A stretch of 64,000 bases of DNA, from the NCBI RefSeq assembly GCF_044704955.1, contig NC_091995.1, positions 17,546,001 through 17,610,000 on the forward strand, in the 5' to 3' direction. This document shows positions 22,501-35,500 of this stretch, piece by piece. The notes under the pieces are model-generated. The model had not been told where the DNA came from. It saw only the letters and a program-made list of their open reading frames with translations, and did not search any database. Positions within the stretch are counted from its first letter, which is position 1, and each line of letters begins with the position of its first letter. Position numbers and translations under genes: made by a program. The DNA comes from Pristiophorus japonicus (lineage: Eukaryota).

Positions 22501-23830
22501 ACCTTGTGGTTTACACTTACCCCAGTGCTACTGTGCTCTGTTGCCTCCTGCCTTTTGCATTCTTTCTTGGGGTCCTTTTCATCTGAGCTCTCACCAACTC
22601 TAACTAGCTCAGAGCCCTCTCCTGGGTTCCGAATACTCTTTGCATTGAGGCACCGAGCTTTCATGCTTGCCTTTTTATTACACTTTGATCCTTTGGAATT
22701 TTGCTGTACAGTGGCCCTTTTTGTTTTTTGCCTTGGTTTTCTCTGCCCTCCACTTTTACTCATCTCCTTTCTGTACTTTGCTTTTGTCTCCATTTTGTTT
22801 CCCTCTGTCTCCCTGCATTGGTTCCCATCCCCCTGCCATATTAGTTTAACTCTTCCTCAACAGCACTAGCAAACACTTCCCCCAGGTGCAGACCATGCGG
22901 TTTGTACTGGTCCCACCTCCCCCAGAACCGGTTCCAATGCCCCATGAATTTGAATCCCTCCCTGCTGCACCACTGCTCAAGCCACGTATTAATCTGAGCT
23001 ATCCTGTGATTCCTACTCTGACTAGCACGTGGCACTGGTAGCAATCCCGAGATTACTACTTTTGAAGTCCTACGTTTTAATTTAGTTATTCACTTCTTAA
23101 ATTCGTCTCGTAGGACCTCATCCCTTTTTTTTTTTACCTATATCGTTGGTACCAATGTGCACCAGGACAACTGGCTGTTCACCCTCCCTTTTCAGAATAT
23201 CCTGCACCCACTCCGAGACATCCTTGACCCTTGCACCAGGGAGGCAACATACCATCCTGGAGTCTCGATTGCGGCCGCAGAAACGCCTATCTATTCCCCT
23301 TACAATTGAATCCCCTATCACTATCGCTCTCCTACTGTTTTACCTGCCCTCCTGTGCAGCAGAGCCAGCCACGGTGCCACGAACTTGGCTGCTGCTGCCC
23401 TCCTCTATGAGTCATCCCTCTCAACAGTACTCAAAGCGCTGTATCTGTTTTGCAGGGGGATGACCGCAGGGGACCCCTGCACTACCTTCCTTGCACTGCT
23501 CTTCCTGTTGGTCTTCCATTCCCTAACTGGCTGTGGACTCTTCACCTGTGGTAAGACCAACTCGCTACACATGCTACTCACGTCATGCTCAGCATTGTGG
23601 ATGCTCCAGAGTAATTCACCCTCAGCTCGAATTCCACAACGCGGACTATCAGGAGCTGGAGGTGGATACACTTCCCGCACACGTAGTCATCACAGACACC
23701 GGAGGCGTCCCTGATTTCCCACATAATACAGGAGGAGCATAACACTTGTCCGAGCTCACCTGCCATGACGTAACCCTTAGATTAACTTAAATTGACAACA
23801 ACAGTGCTAAACGTTGCTCACTGATAAAGA
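19501..23830 (-). mobile_element. Near-full-length CR1 LINE (ORF1 zinc finger + SGNH esterase; ORF2 APE + RT), degenerate
   Basis: ORF1 pieces CSSCIMW..CGKC and IGDSIVRG..VHIGTNDIG. ORF2 pieces [17 protein letters not shown] and FADD. 3' (TTCTTATG)n tail at ~19501-19530. Confidence 0.92.
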
Positions 23831-24249
23831 ATTCCACTGGTCAAGTGGGCAGAGCAGTGGCAAATGGAATATATTTCAGAGAAGTGTGAGGTGATGCAAT
23901 TTGGGAGGACTAATAAGGAAACTGTATACACAATAAGCGGTTGGCCACTTAATAGTGTAGATGAACAAAGGGACATTGGAGTGCTTGTCCACAGAACTCT
24001 TTCGGGAGGAAACTGAAACATTAATTCTTAAATCGTGTCCCTCCGATCTGGGGGGCAAACCAAACACTTACAAGGCACCTTTTTTTGGTGTTTTTAAAAT
24101 TTTTTTTGTGTTTTTGTTTTTTTTAAAAGTTTTTTGGGGCACTAAAATCATATATATATATTTTTCCTCCAAGTGCCCCCTATAAAAGCGGAGGGGGACA
24201 CTAAAAACACCGGCAATTAAAACAAATTAAACTTTAAAACATAAAACCA

Positions 24250-27200
24250 AATTAAAATTTGGTTGCCGGGGGTGATGATGCACTCCAGTCCCTCCGGTGC
24301 CCACCTCTCGCGGAAGGCCGCGAGCGTACCGGTGGACACCGCGTGCTCCATCTCCAAGGACACCCTGGCGCGGATGTATGCGCGGAAGAGAGGCAGACAG
24401 TCAGGTTGAACGACCCCCTCGACCGCCCGCTGCCTGGACCGGCTGATGGCACCCTTGGCTGTGCCCAGGAGCAGTCTTACAAGGAGGCCCTCGGACCTAC
24501 CCGCTCCCCTCCGCTCAGGGTGCCCAAAGAGCAGGAGTGTGGGACTGAAGTGCAGCCAGAATTTCAGGAGCAGCCCCTTTAAATAATAAAACAGGGGCTG
24601 TAACCTCGTGCATTCAATAAAAACATGGAACACGGACTCTTCCAGACCGCAGAAATTGCAGGTGGCCTGGGAGCCCGTGAACCGGCTTAAAAATTTATTG
24701 CACGGCACTGCTCCGTGCACCACCCTCCAGGCCAAGTCCCCGATAAATACTGGGAGGACTCCCATGTAGAGTGCCCTCCATCGGGGACCCCCGCCTCCTC
24801 CGGATGGCAAGATGGTACGCCATGGCGTGTCCAGACGGCAGGCGAGGATGGCAAAGTTGAGAGTGTGCAGGAGCAGCCCATACAGCAAACCCCTCCGCGC
24901 TGAACTGAAAGGCATGGAGGAGATTTCCTCGAGGTGGCTCAAGTTGTGAGGCGCCGGCTCTCGAGGGAGGTTCCGGGGTTTGGCGCCGATGAGGAATTCC
25001 GTCTGGATGGGGGTCAGTTCGGACAGGATTTCCCTACGTGCTTGAGCCTCCTCGATGCATCTAACGGAGTCGGGGCCCAGAGCTGTTTTTAGCGACTCGA
25101 TGGCATCGGCCGTGCGGCGGACGTTGGCAGAATTTAGGTGCCACGACAGCGTGTCTGGCGCCATCCATCCGCTCCTCCACCATCGAGCAGGTCCCTGACC
25201 CTGTCACCTCACCAGCCACAGCCCTCTCATCCGACCGCCACCTAAAACCTCGGTCGTGGAGGTACGGATTCCCGAGCAGCGGCTCCTGCAGGACAGCCGC
25301 CACTCCAGCCGGTGGAGAGCTGCGCTTGGTGGAGACTTTGTTCCAGACCCTGGTGAGTTCCTTGTAAAAGACAGGCAGCTCCTGGAAGGCGGTCCTGACG
25401 CCCCCCAAACTCACAAACAGGAGCTGCGTGTCGTAGTTGAGGCCGTGCTGCTGGCGGAAGAAGTACGTCGCCAGAGCATGCCACCTGGGAGGGGGCTTGA
25501 CGTAAAGGTATCTCTGCAGGGTCTGAAGACGGAAAGTCGCGAGCTGGGTGCTGACGCACACCAACGACTTACCGCCCTCCCCAAGCGGGAGACTCAAGAC
25601 CGCGGCAGAGACCCAGTGCTTCCTGTTGTTCCAGAAGAAGTCCACCAGCTTCTTCTGTATCTTGGTGACAAACGCAGGGGGAGGGGTCAAAGTGACCAGC
25701 CGTTACCACAATATGGCGGCCACCAGCTGGTTTATGACTAGCACTCGACCCCTGTAGGACAGCACTCGGAGCAGTCCTGTCCAGCGTCCTCGGCAAGCGG
25801 CGACCTTGTCCTCCAGCTCTTGCCAGTTCGCCGGCCAGGCTTCCTCGTCGGGGCTAAGGTAGACTCCAAGATAGAGGAGATGGGTCGTGCTCCAGGCAAA
25901 AGGCCTGAGCTCCTCCGGCAGGGAGTCCACCCGCCACTGACCCACGAGGAGTTCGGAACATTTCTCCCAGTTGATCCTGGCGGAGGATGCGGCCGAGTAA
26001 ATCTCCTGGCACTCAATCATCCTCCGCAGGTCAGCGGGATCCTCTACCACGAGGATCACGTCATCGGCGTAAGCCGAGAGGACGACCTCCACGCCCGGCC
26101 CTTGCAGAGCCAGTCCCGTCAACCTCGTCCACAGGAGGCGCAGGAAAGGCTTCACACAGATGGCATATAACTGGCCGGACATGGGGCATCCCTGGCGCAC
26201 CCCTCTCCCAAAGCGAAGGGGCGCCGTCAAGGACCCATTAACCTTTATCAGACACTCCGCGGCGGCATACAAAAGTCGGATCCAGGCGACGAAATGCATC
26301 CCGAACCCGAAAGCGCGCAGAGTTCCGAACAGATAGTCGTGATCCACCCTGTCGAACGCCTTCTCTTGGTCAAGAGATAAGAAGGCGACCGACAGACCAG
26401 CCTCCTGGGAATGATGGATGAGGTCCCGGACCAGATGGATGTTATCGTGGATTGTCTGGCCCGGGACCGTGTAGGACTGGTCGGGGTCGATCATGTGGTC
26501 CAGCACGGCGCCAAGGCGAATAGGCATCGCCCTGGCGAAGATTTTGTAGTCCGTGCTGAGGAGGGAGACCGGGCGCCAGTTCTTAAGGAGGCAGAGATCG
26601 CCCTTCTTAGGCAGCAGGATGATGACTGCCCTGCGCCAAGAGAGGAGCATCTCCCCGGTCGCCAGACTTTCCCCCAGGACCCGCGCGTCGTCGCCCCCCA
26701 GGACGTCCCAGAACACCCTGTGGAACTCCACGGTCAGCCCGTCCAGCCCCGGGGCTTTTCCCCTCGAGAGCCAGTCGAGGGCGCCGGTCAGCTCCACCAG
26801 GCTTAGCGGAGCTTCCAGGTTTTCGGCGACCTCCGGGCCGAACTTCGGCAGGTCCTCCCACAAAACTCTACGCGCTTCCTCGCTGGATGGCTCCGGAGAG
26901 AACAGAGCCCCGTAATATTCACGGGCCCTGTTGTTGACGCCCTCCGGATCCGAGACGAGAGAGCCGTCGTCGGCCAGCAGCGTCAAGAGCTGCTTACGGA
27001 CACTCTGTCTTTTTTCCAGCGAGTAGAAGAAGGGGGAGCCGCGGTCCAGATCCCGCAGGAACCGGATCCGCGACCTCACGAACGCGCCTCGGGACCCGAC
27101 GAGCTGCAGGTCCTTCAGCGCGGCCTTCTTCGCTTCGTACACCATCCACAGGGCCGGGTCCTCGACGACTTGACTGAGACGGGACTCCAGGTCGAGCACC

Positions 27201-28144
27201 TCTTTTTCTAGGAGCCCGACCCTGGCCGCCCGCCTCTTGGTCGACCCCCTCGCGTACTCTTGACAGAAGATGCGGACGTGAGCCTTGCCCACGTCCCACC
27301 ATAGCCTCAAGGATTGGAAGCCCCTCTGCTTCCTTCTCCAGTTGGCCCAGAAACGACGGAACGAGTCCTGGAACCGCACGTCATCCAGCAGCTGGTTGTT
27401 AAAATGCCAGTACGCAGACCCCGTCCTCGCGCGGAGCGAAGCGAGCTCCGCCTACACCAGGTGGTGGTCCGAACATGGCACCGGTTGCATGGAGGCCGCC
27501 GGGACGCAGGAAACATACGCCTGAGACATGTAAAGGCGGTCGACTCTGGACCATCCGACTCCAGGCCTCACCCAAGTAAAGGCGCTGGAGTTGGGATGGA
27601 GATTTCGCCAGACGTCCACCAAGTCGAAGGACCCGACCAGGTCCCTCAACTTCAACATCGCCATCATGCTCTGCGGGGCACCGGAGCGGTCCCTCACCTC
27701 GAGGGTGCAGTTAAAATCCCCCCCGAGGACAATGCAGTCGCCGACGTCGACGGAGCCAACAAGAGCGGACACCTCTTCGAAAAAGCGCGTTTGCTGCGGG
27801 CCGGGCTGAGGGGCGTACACGTTCACGAGATGGAGTGGCACGATCCCCAGGTGAACCGTGACGTGCAGCAAGCGGCCTGGCACGGGCTTCTCGACCCCCA
27901 AGGTATCCGGCTGAAAATGCGGGGACAGCAAGATGGCCACCCCACAAGAAGTGGTAGTGAGGTGGCTCATGTGGACCTCTCCTTGCCATTCCAGGATCCA
28001 CGTGGCTTCGTCTCCCGGAACGGTGTGGGTTTCTTGCAGGAAGCACACCGAATATTTCCCCTCCCGCAGGAGCGAAAAATTGTTAAATCTACGGTGTGCC
28101 TCTCTGCCGCCGTTGATGTTGAGGCTGGCTATGGTTATCTTCAT
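24250..28144 (-). pseudogene. Tx1 ORF2 (APE endonuclease, RT, C-terminal zinc motif)
   Basis: MKITIASLNING, FLQETH, GGDFN, SDH; NWRPVSLL, DQEKAFD, QGCPMSG, YADD; CNFC...HVFIEC. Two internal stops and a frameshift. Confidence 0.9.
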
Positions 28145-28174
28145 GACAAAAGCATAGTGCAACCTCTACCTAAC

Positions 28175-30260
28175 CTATTGTGGGGGGGGAGTGGAGTCGT
28201 TTGTTGACCTCCACTCCTTCAGCAGCCCAGCGAGGAACCTTTTGAGCCGGCGCAGCTCAAGGCCTTGCGGCTTTGATAAGGGCCCGCCCGCGGCCATGGT
28301 TTTAGCGGCGGCGTGGACGGACGCGACGAGCAGCCCCGGCTCGGACCATCTTTCCAGGGCCAGATGGGCTCGGTTGCGGCGACCCTGGCTCTGGGCCAAA
28401 AAGTCCCAGAGTTCCTTTGCAGGAATGAGGGGAGACTCAGCGGCAGGCACGAGGAGATCACCCGCCTCACTAGCGATGGACTCGAGATCTTCTCCCTCGT
28501 CCCCACCGAGTCCCCATCCCCCTCCTGGAGGTCGCCGCCAGCAGCCGGCCCGCCGACTGCACGAGGTACGGCAAACGGCCCGGCCGCTCCATCCGACCCT
28601 GTCTCTGCCCCGATCCCACCCCCAGGATCGTCGGCAGAGGAGTCCCCACTGGGCTCTTTTAAAAGCGGTGCTGGGTCAGGAAGCGACAGCGGAAGGGGTT
28701 CCTCCTCCGCCCCAGGAGCCGGGGAACGCGGAGAGACCTGGTCAAAGAAATGTTCCAGGTCCTCCAAGTACCCCAGCTCCAAAGTAGGGGGTGAGGGTTG
28801 TTGTTCTTCCCCCTCCTCGCCGCCACCCCCGGCCCAGTGTGTGGATGTTCTGTAAAATTATTAACATTTTCAGTTTCTGCCGGGTCGAGCGACTCCCGGG
28901 GGAAGTTGGTTAATAGCTGGGCGGGCTCAGGTTCGGCCTTTTCGGCCCCGCCCGCCTCAGTCCCCGGGACGCTCGACACGGCGGCTACGCATTCCTCCGC
29001 TGGCCCCACGCCCCCTACAACAGGCAGATCTTCCACGCCATCCCCGGGAGGCAGAGGCTCGGCAGCCTCGACTGCCTCACCCTCCCCGGGGACAGACTCC
29101 TCTCATCTACAGCGCAGTTTGGGGGCGCTGGTAGGGGACGCGGGGACCGACTCCTCCACGGAGGGATGTTGCTCCCCCTCCGCCTCATTGGAGCGGCGCC
29201 TCCTTTTGTTCCTGGGTGTGCGCGGAGGCAGGGAGACCTCCATGTCTGTCGAGGCCTCCTGCTCCACTCCCCCCTTTTTCTTTTCTTGCCCGTGCCCGAG
29301 CCCCTCTGTTATACTGTTCAAGGGCTCGGGCACGGGCTCAGGGCACCCCGCGCTCGCCGGTGTCAGGGTTGGGCTGAGCGCGGTGTTCAAGCTGTCTGGC
29401 GCACTGAGGGGACCCGCCTCGAGATGTTTCGCCTTCCTCCGCGCCTTCTTTCTGATAGGACGTTCTCCCTCTCCCCCGCCAGAGGCCGTGAAAACGAAGG
29501 CCCCCGACGATGTCCGCGCACCTACAGCTCCCGGCACGCGGATGCAAATAGGGGGAAGGGCGGCGGCGGCGCCAGCCTTGGCCGCCTTCGATGGTTTGGC
29601 GGCCTTGGAGGCGGGGCAGTTCTTGCGAACGTGCCCCACCTCCCTGCAGGCATGGCACCGCACGCCGTCCGACGTCCAAAAGATGCGGTAGGTAGTCCCC
29701 TCGTGCACCACATTAAAACTTCCCTCTGTCGTCTCCTCCCGCGCCAGCCGGACAAAGAGCTGGCGGCGGAAGGAGAAGACGTGGCACAGGCTGCTCTCCC
29801 TGAGGCCGAGCAGTATGGGGTTGATCCCCGACCTTACCTCCCCCAGTTGGTGTAGGTGTGGGAGGAGGAGCCCAGCGGGAACAAAGGGTGGGACATTAGA
29901 AATGATAACCCTCTGCGCGGTGGCCTCGAGAGGGTCCACCGGCAGGAACGTCCCGCCCACCGTGAGCCCCTTTTCGAGGGCCAGGGATACCGCCCGCTCC
30001 GACCCCAGGAAGAATACAGCCTTCCCAGACATCTTGGAGGCCGTGACAATGGCCGAGGGGCCGACTACCCCAGCCATCGCCCGCACGCACTCCTCGATGC
30101 TCATTGTGGGGTGAGTGTAGCTCTTGACCCCTTGTTTTTTTGTTATAAATCTGAATGGTGGCAGGGCAGCAGGAGGCGCAGGAGGTGCCATGGATGTGGA
30201 TGCCGCCTGTGCGTACGTCTTAGCTGGCCCTGCCACTGGTGTGGATGGGGTCGCCATCAC
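28175..30260 (-). pseudogene. Tx1 ORF1 (RRM-like region + CCHC knuckle + low-complexity C-terminus)
   Basis: ASKMSGKAVFFL, VIISNVPPF, SFRRQ, CHACREVGHVRKNC. One internal stop (29103) and about two frameshifts. Confidence 0.85.
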
Positions 30261-32540
30261 GGGGTCCCTTTAAGGGCTATACCCACCCCAAAGTCACAGG
30301 CCTTAATGGTCTTTAATTGGCCTCGTTGGTGTTTTGAGCAGAGGGAGCTCTTAACGGGGCACACCTCTCCCCTAGTTAACGAATGGGGAGGGGTCTTGCT
30401 CCCTCTGCTCAGTTGTCTTAATTTAACTTTAATTTAAGGAGGAAAGGGGCTCTGAGAGAGAGAGCGGAGAGACAGAGAGAGTGACAGAGAGAGTGAGAGG
30501 GGGTGGGAAAGAGGGAAGCTACGAGGGCAGGTCTCCCCTCACAGCAATGGGTGGGCGTTTTTCTGGGGTGCACTCCCCAGATGATGGAAAAAAAAACAAG
30601 ACACATTCCTTGTAGATGGTCTTCGGGTGGGGGGAGAAGATGTCTTCACCTGGGGCAGCTGGAGCCACCTAGGCACACACTCCCAACGATGTTAAATAGG
30701 GTGATTAGTAATACTTCAGCCAGGTAGCTCCAGCTATCCCAGGCTAGGCAATGGGGGAGGGGTGCTTCAGTGGTGTGTGGTGCCTAGCTGTAAGCAAGAC
30801 CCCCACACACACTTCCACACATACACACCCCCCGCAATGTTCCGGCCCTCTAGCAAGTCTTCTTTCCTCCCCCCACTGATACAACAAAGTCTTTAGGGGA
30901 ATGCACCAAAACACACCCACCTTTGCTTGATGAAGTTTCTCCCTCCTTCCACACTGTTAGTTGTTCTTTTTTTCCCCCTCTCTCCAACTCTCTGCAGCAG
31001 TATTAAAGGTTGTTGAGTTTTCTGCTCTCCTCCTCTCCCTTTGGATGAATTGGAATGTAGAAAGCCCCCTCCTCCTCTTCCTGGGCTGTTTCACAGGGCT
31101 CACTTCAGGCTTTCCAGACAGGAGCTTCAGCAGCAAGCTCCTTCTCTCACCACAGCACAGCCCCAACTGAATAGGCCACGCCTCCAAAGCTCCACCATTG
31201 GTCCACAGATTTCCTGAATGTAGCAGGCCAGGTGGATAAGGTGTTTAAGAAGGCATACGGAATGCTTGCCTTTATTGGCCAAGGCATAGAATATAAGTGC
31301 AGGGAGGTTATGCTTAAATTTTATGCTACTTTGGTTAGGCCACTGTTGGAGTACTGTGTGCAGTTCTGGTCACCGTATTATAGGAAGGACATGAATGCAC
31401 TAGAGAGGGTGAAGACGAGATTTTCTAGGATGCTGCCTGGCATGGACAATCTTAGTTATCAGTACAGATTGGATTGACTGGGTTGGTTCTCATTGGAACA
31501 GAGGAGGTTGAGAGGAGACCTCATTGAGGTGTACAAAATATTGAGGGGCCTGGACATAGTGGATATTAAGGGTCTATTTCCATTGCTGGGGGGTTCTGTT
31601 ACGAGGGGCCATCATTTTTAGGTGGTTGATAGAAAGTTTAGAGAGGATTTAAGAGGGGGGTGGGGGTGTTCTTTATGCAGAGGGTTGTTGGGATCTGGAA
31701 CACGCTGCCTGGAACAGTGTTGGATGCAGAAACCCTCACCACTTTTAAAAGATGGTTGGATGGGCACTTAAAGTGCCGTAACCTGCAGGGTTACGAACCT
31801 AGAGCTGGTAATTGCGATTGGACTGGATGACCTTTTGTTGACCGGTGCAGATATAATGGTAAGTACTGCAGGGAATCGAATACGGCCAGGATGATCTCCT
31901 GGACTAGGTTCGATTGCCTGAATGGTCGGAGAGGAATTTTCCCAGATTTGTTTCCCCCGAAATAGGTCTGGGCTTTTATCTGGTTTTGGTCTCTCCCAGG
32001 AGATCACATGGCTCCGTTTGGGTTGGAATGTAAAATGTTTCAGTATAAGGGGTGTCGCAATTATATGAGGCGGACTGGTTGGGCTGGGTGCTTTTTGCCT
32101 TTCCGTCATTGTTCATAGGTTTATATGTGACCTTCAGGGCAGCTGACCAAGGGCCGTGCGGCTCTTTGTCGGCCGGCATGGACATGATGGGCCGAAATGA
32201 CCTCCTTCTGAGCTGTAAATTTCTATGTTTCCACGTTTGTACGAGGGGGTTTCCTTATGAAGCTAGGTTGAGTAGATTGGGCCTATAGCCATTGGAGTTC
32301 AGAAGAATGAGAGGTGATCTGATTGAAACTTATAAGATAATAAGAGGGCTCGACATGGTGAATGCAGAGAGGATATTTCCACACATAGGGGAAATTAAAA
32401 CTAGGGGACATAGTCTTAGCATAAAGGTCCGCCCATTTTAAACAATGATAAGGAGGAATTCCTTCTCTTGAAGCGTTGTAAATCTTTGAAACTCTGTGCC
32501 CCAGAGAGCTGTGGAGGGGCTGGGTCATTGAATATATTTA

Positions 32541-35500
32541 TAAGAAGGTAAGAAATAGGAACAGAAATAGGCCATACGGCCCCTTGAGCCTGCTTTGCCA
32601 TTCAATAAGATCCTTGCTGATCTGATCATGGACTCAGCTCGACTTCCCCGCCCACTCCCTTAACCTCTGATCCCCTTATCGTTTAAGAAGCTATCTATTT
32701 CTGTCTTAAATTTATTCAATGTCCCAGCTTCCACAACTCTCTGAGGCAGCGAATTTCACAGATTTACAACCTTCTGAGTGAAGAAATTTCTCCTCATCTC
32801 CATTTTAAATTTGCAGCCCCTTATTCTAAGATCGTGCCCTCTAGTTGTAGTCACCTCATCAATGGAAACATCCTCTCTGCATCCACCTTATTAAGCCCCC
32901 TCATAATCTTATACGTTTCGATAAGATCACCTCTCATACTTTTTAATTCCAATGAGTAGAGGCCCAACCTACTCAACATTTCCTTATAAGTCAACCCCCT
33001 CATCACCGGAATCAACCTTGTGAACCTTCTTTGAACTGTCTCCAAAGGAAGCATATCCTTTCGTAAATATGGAAACCAAAACTGCACGCAGTATTCCGGG
33101 TGTGGCCTCACCAATGTCTTATACAGCTGTAGTAAGACTTCCCTGCTTTTATACTCCACCCCCTTTGCAATAAAGGCCAAGATACCATTGGCTTTCCTGA
33201 TCATTTGCTGCACTTGCATACTATCCTTTTGTCTTTCCTGCACAAGTACCCCAGGTCCTGCTGTACTGCGGCACTTTGCAATCTTTCTCCATTTAAATAA
33301 TAACTTGCTCTTTGATTTTTTCTGTGAAAGTGCATTACCTCAAACTTTCCAACATTTTACTCCATCTGCCAACTTTTTGCCCATTCACTTAGCCTGTCTA
33401 TGTCCTTTTGCATATTTTTTGTGTCCTCCTCACACATTGCTTTTCCTCCCATCTTTGTGGCGGAGATAGACAGATTTTTGAGCTATATGGGAGTAAAGAG
33501 TTTTGAGGAGCGGGCAGGGAACTAGAGCTGAGCCAATGATCAGATCAGCCATGATCTTATTGAATGATGGCGCAGGCTCGAGAGGCCAAATGGCTTACTC
33601 CTGGTCCTATGTGTTATGTTCTTATGTTCTTGTTGCGGTTCATTTCCCATTGATTACCTGCCCCAGCAGAGGTTTCCCGGATCTGGCTTCATGATCTGCG
33701 ACGAGTGGGTTGTATAGCTTTAAGATCTCACTGCATACTGACTTTTATAGAATCATAGAAGGCTTACAGCACAGAAGAAGGCCATTGGCCCTTCGAGCGC
33801 ATGCCGACTCTCAGCTAGTTCCACGCCACCCCCCACCCTTTCCACCATAGCCCTTCAATTTGTTTCCCTTCAGATATTTATCCAACTTCCTTTTGAAAGA
33901 TTCTACCTTTTAAGTCTACCTCCACCACCTTTTCAGGAAGTGTATCCCAGATCATAACTACTCGCTGCATGAACACGTTTTTTCTTACCTCGCTTTTGGA
34001 TCTTTTGCCAATCACCTTAAATCTGTTCTCTCTGGTTCTCTAAATTTCTGCCAATGGGAACATTTTCTCTCTACCTACTCTGTCCAGACCTCCCATGATT
34101 TTGAACACCTCTATCAAATCTCCTCTCAATTATCTCTGCTCCAAGGAGAACAAGCCGAGCTTCTCGAGTCTATCAATGTAACTGAAGTCCCTCAATCCTG
34201 GAAACATTCTCGTAAATCCTGTACATTATGTGGACTTTGGACTTAATAAAATGATATATCATTCAATAATGCTTTGAGATACCGTGAACATACTGGGTGA
34301 ATACACGCACCCGGGCCTGCACTTATTGAACTGTTCCCTAAAGAAAGCAAGTGGCATTAAGATATTTGCAGTCACATGACACATGTAGAGGAATTGTGCT
34401 ACCTTCCAGCAAAGTCAATAATTCACCTTGAATAATTACTCCTGATGTGCAGTCTTGTGAAACCAAAGCGCAGATTCTTCGAAAATTAATTCCATATGGA
34501 AATGGAGTATAAAAACAGGGAAGGCTGGTTACAGTTATACAGGGTGTGGGTTAGGCCTCATCTGGAATACTGTGTAGAGTTTTGGTTTCCATATTTAAGA
34601 AAGGATATACTTGCTTTGGAGGCAATTCGGAGAAGGTTCACGAGGTTGATGCCGGAGATGAGGGGGTTAGCTTATGAGAAAAGGTTGAGGAGGTTGGTCC
34701 TCTAGTCATTGGAATTCAGAAGAATGGGAAGTGGTCTTCTTGAAACGTATAATATTATGAAGGGGCTTGACAAGGTGGATGCAGAGAGGATGTTCCCACT
34801 AATGGGGGAGACTAGAACTAGAGGGCATAATCTTAGAATAAGGGGCCGCCCATTTAAAACTGAGATGAGGAGGAATTTCTCCTCTCATAGGGTTGTCAAT
34901 CTGTGAACTTCTCTGCCCCAGTGAGTTGTGGAAGCTGGGTAATTGAATAAATTTAAGACAGAGATAGACAGTTTCTTAACCGGCAAGGGAATAAATGATT
35001 AAGAGGAGCGGGCAGGGAAGTGGACCTGATTCCATGATCGGATCAGCCATGATCGTATTAAATGGTGGAGCAGCTCATGTGGCCCTATGGCCTATTCCTG
35101 CTCCTATTTCTTATGTTCTTATGTTCTTAATAATAGTACAATTTTAAACCATAAATAATATCAAACAATGACTGCAGTGGAACAAAAACAAAAGCAAAGC
35201 ACTGAGGATGTTTGAAATCTGAAATTAAAACAAGAAATGGTTGGAAATCCTCAGCAGGTCAGGCAGCATCTGTAGAAAGAGAGAGAATTAGAGTTAACGG
35301 TTGAGGTCGATGAACTTCCAATAGAACTGGACGGTCTTCGAGATGAAAAGCTTATAAGGAAGTACAGAGCTAGGGAAATTTAAAAAAAAGGTGAAATGTC
35401 TGTGATAGGGTGGCCGGCACTCATTGGAGGGCTACTGTACTGGATTGGGACTGTTGCGATTCATGAGTTTCATGAGATTCATGACAGTATACCAGAATGA

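Larger units (their letters stand above)
23996..31200 (-). mobile_element. Full-length Tx1-clade non-LTR retrotransposon (~7.2 kb)
   Basis: 9-bp TSD GTCCACAGA (23987-23995 and 31201-31209); ORF1 and ORF2 as listed; markedly GC/CpG-rich compared with the flanks. Confidence 0.92.
17965..32230 (+). mobile_element. Second CR1 (ORF2 fragment) split into ~17965-19500, ~23835-23995 and ~31201-32230
   Basis: ORFs 18046.., 18625..19065 (NYRPVSLTS), 19297.. ([12 protein letters not shown]) and 31232..31477 are collinear around the two inserts. Confidence 0.75.
17563..33630 (+). mobile_element. Outer CR1 3' fragment split by insertions (pieces ~17563-17964, ~32242-32540, ~33459-33630)
   Basis: RT C-terminal sequence (LEYCV, RRMRGDLIETYKI) and 3' UTR are collinear across the interruptions. 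Confidence 0.65.

Noticed and set aside
24252-30437. Many long plus-strand and alternative-frame ORFs over the Tx1 element
   Set aside because: Expected from high GC content and stop-codon scarcity; no recognisable domains.
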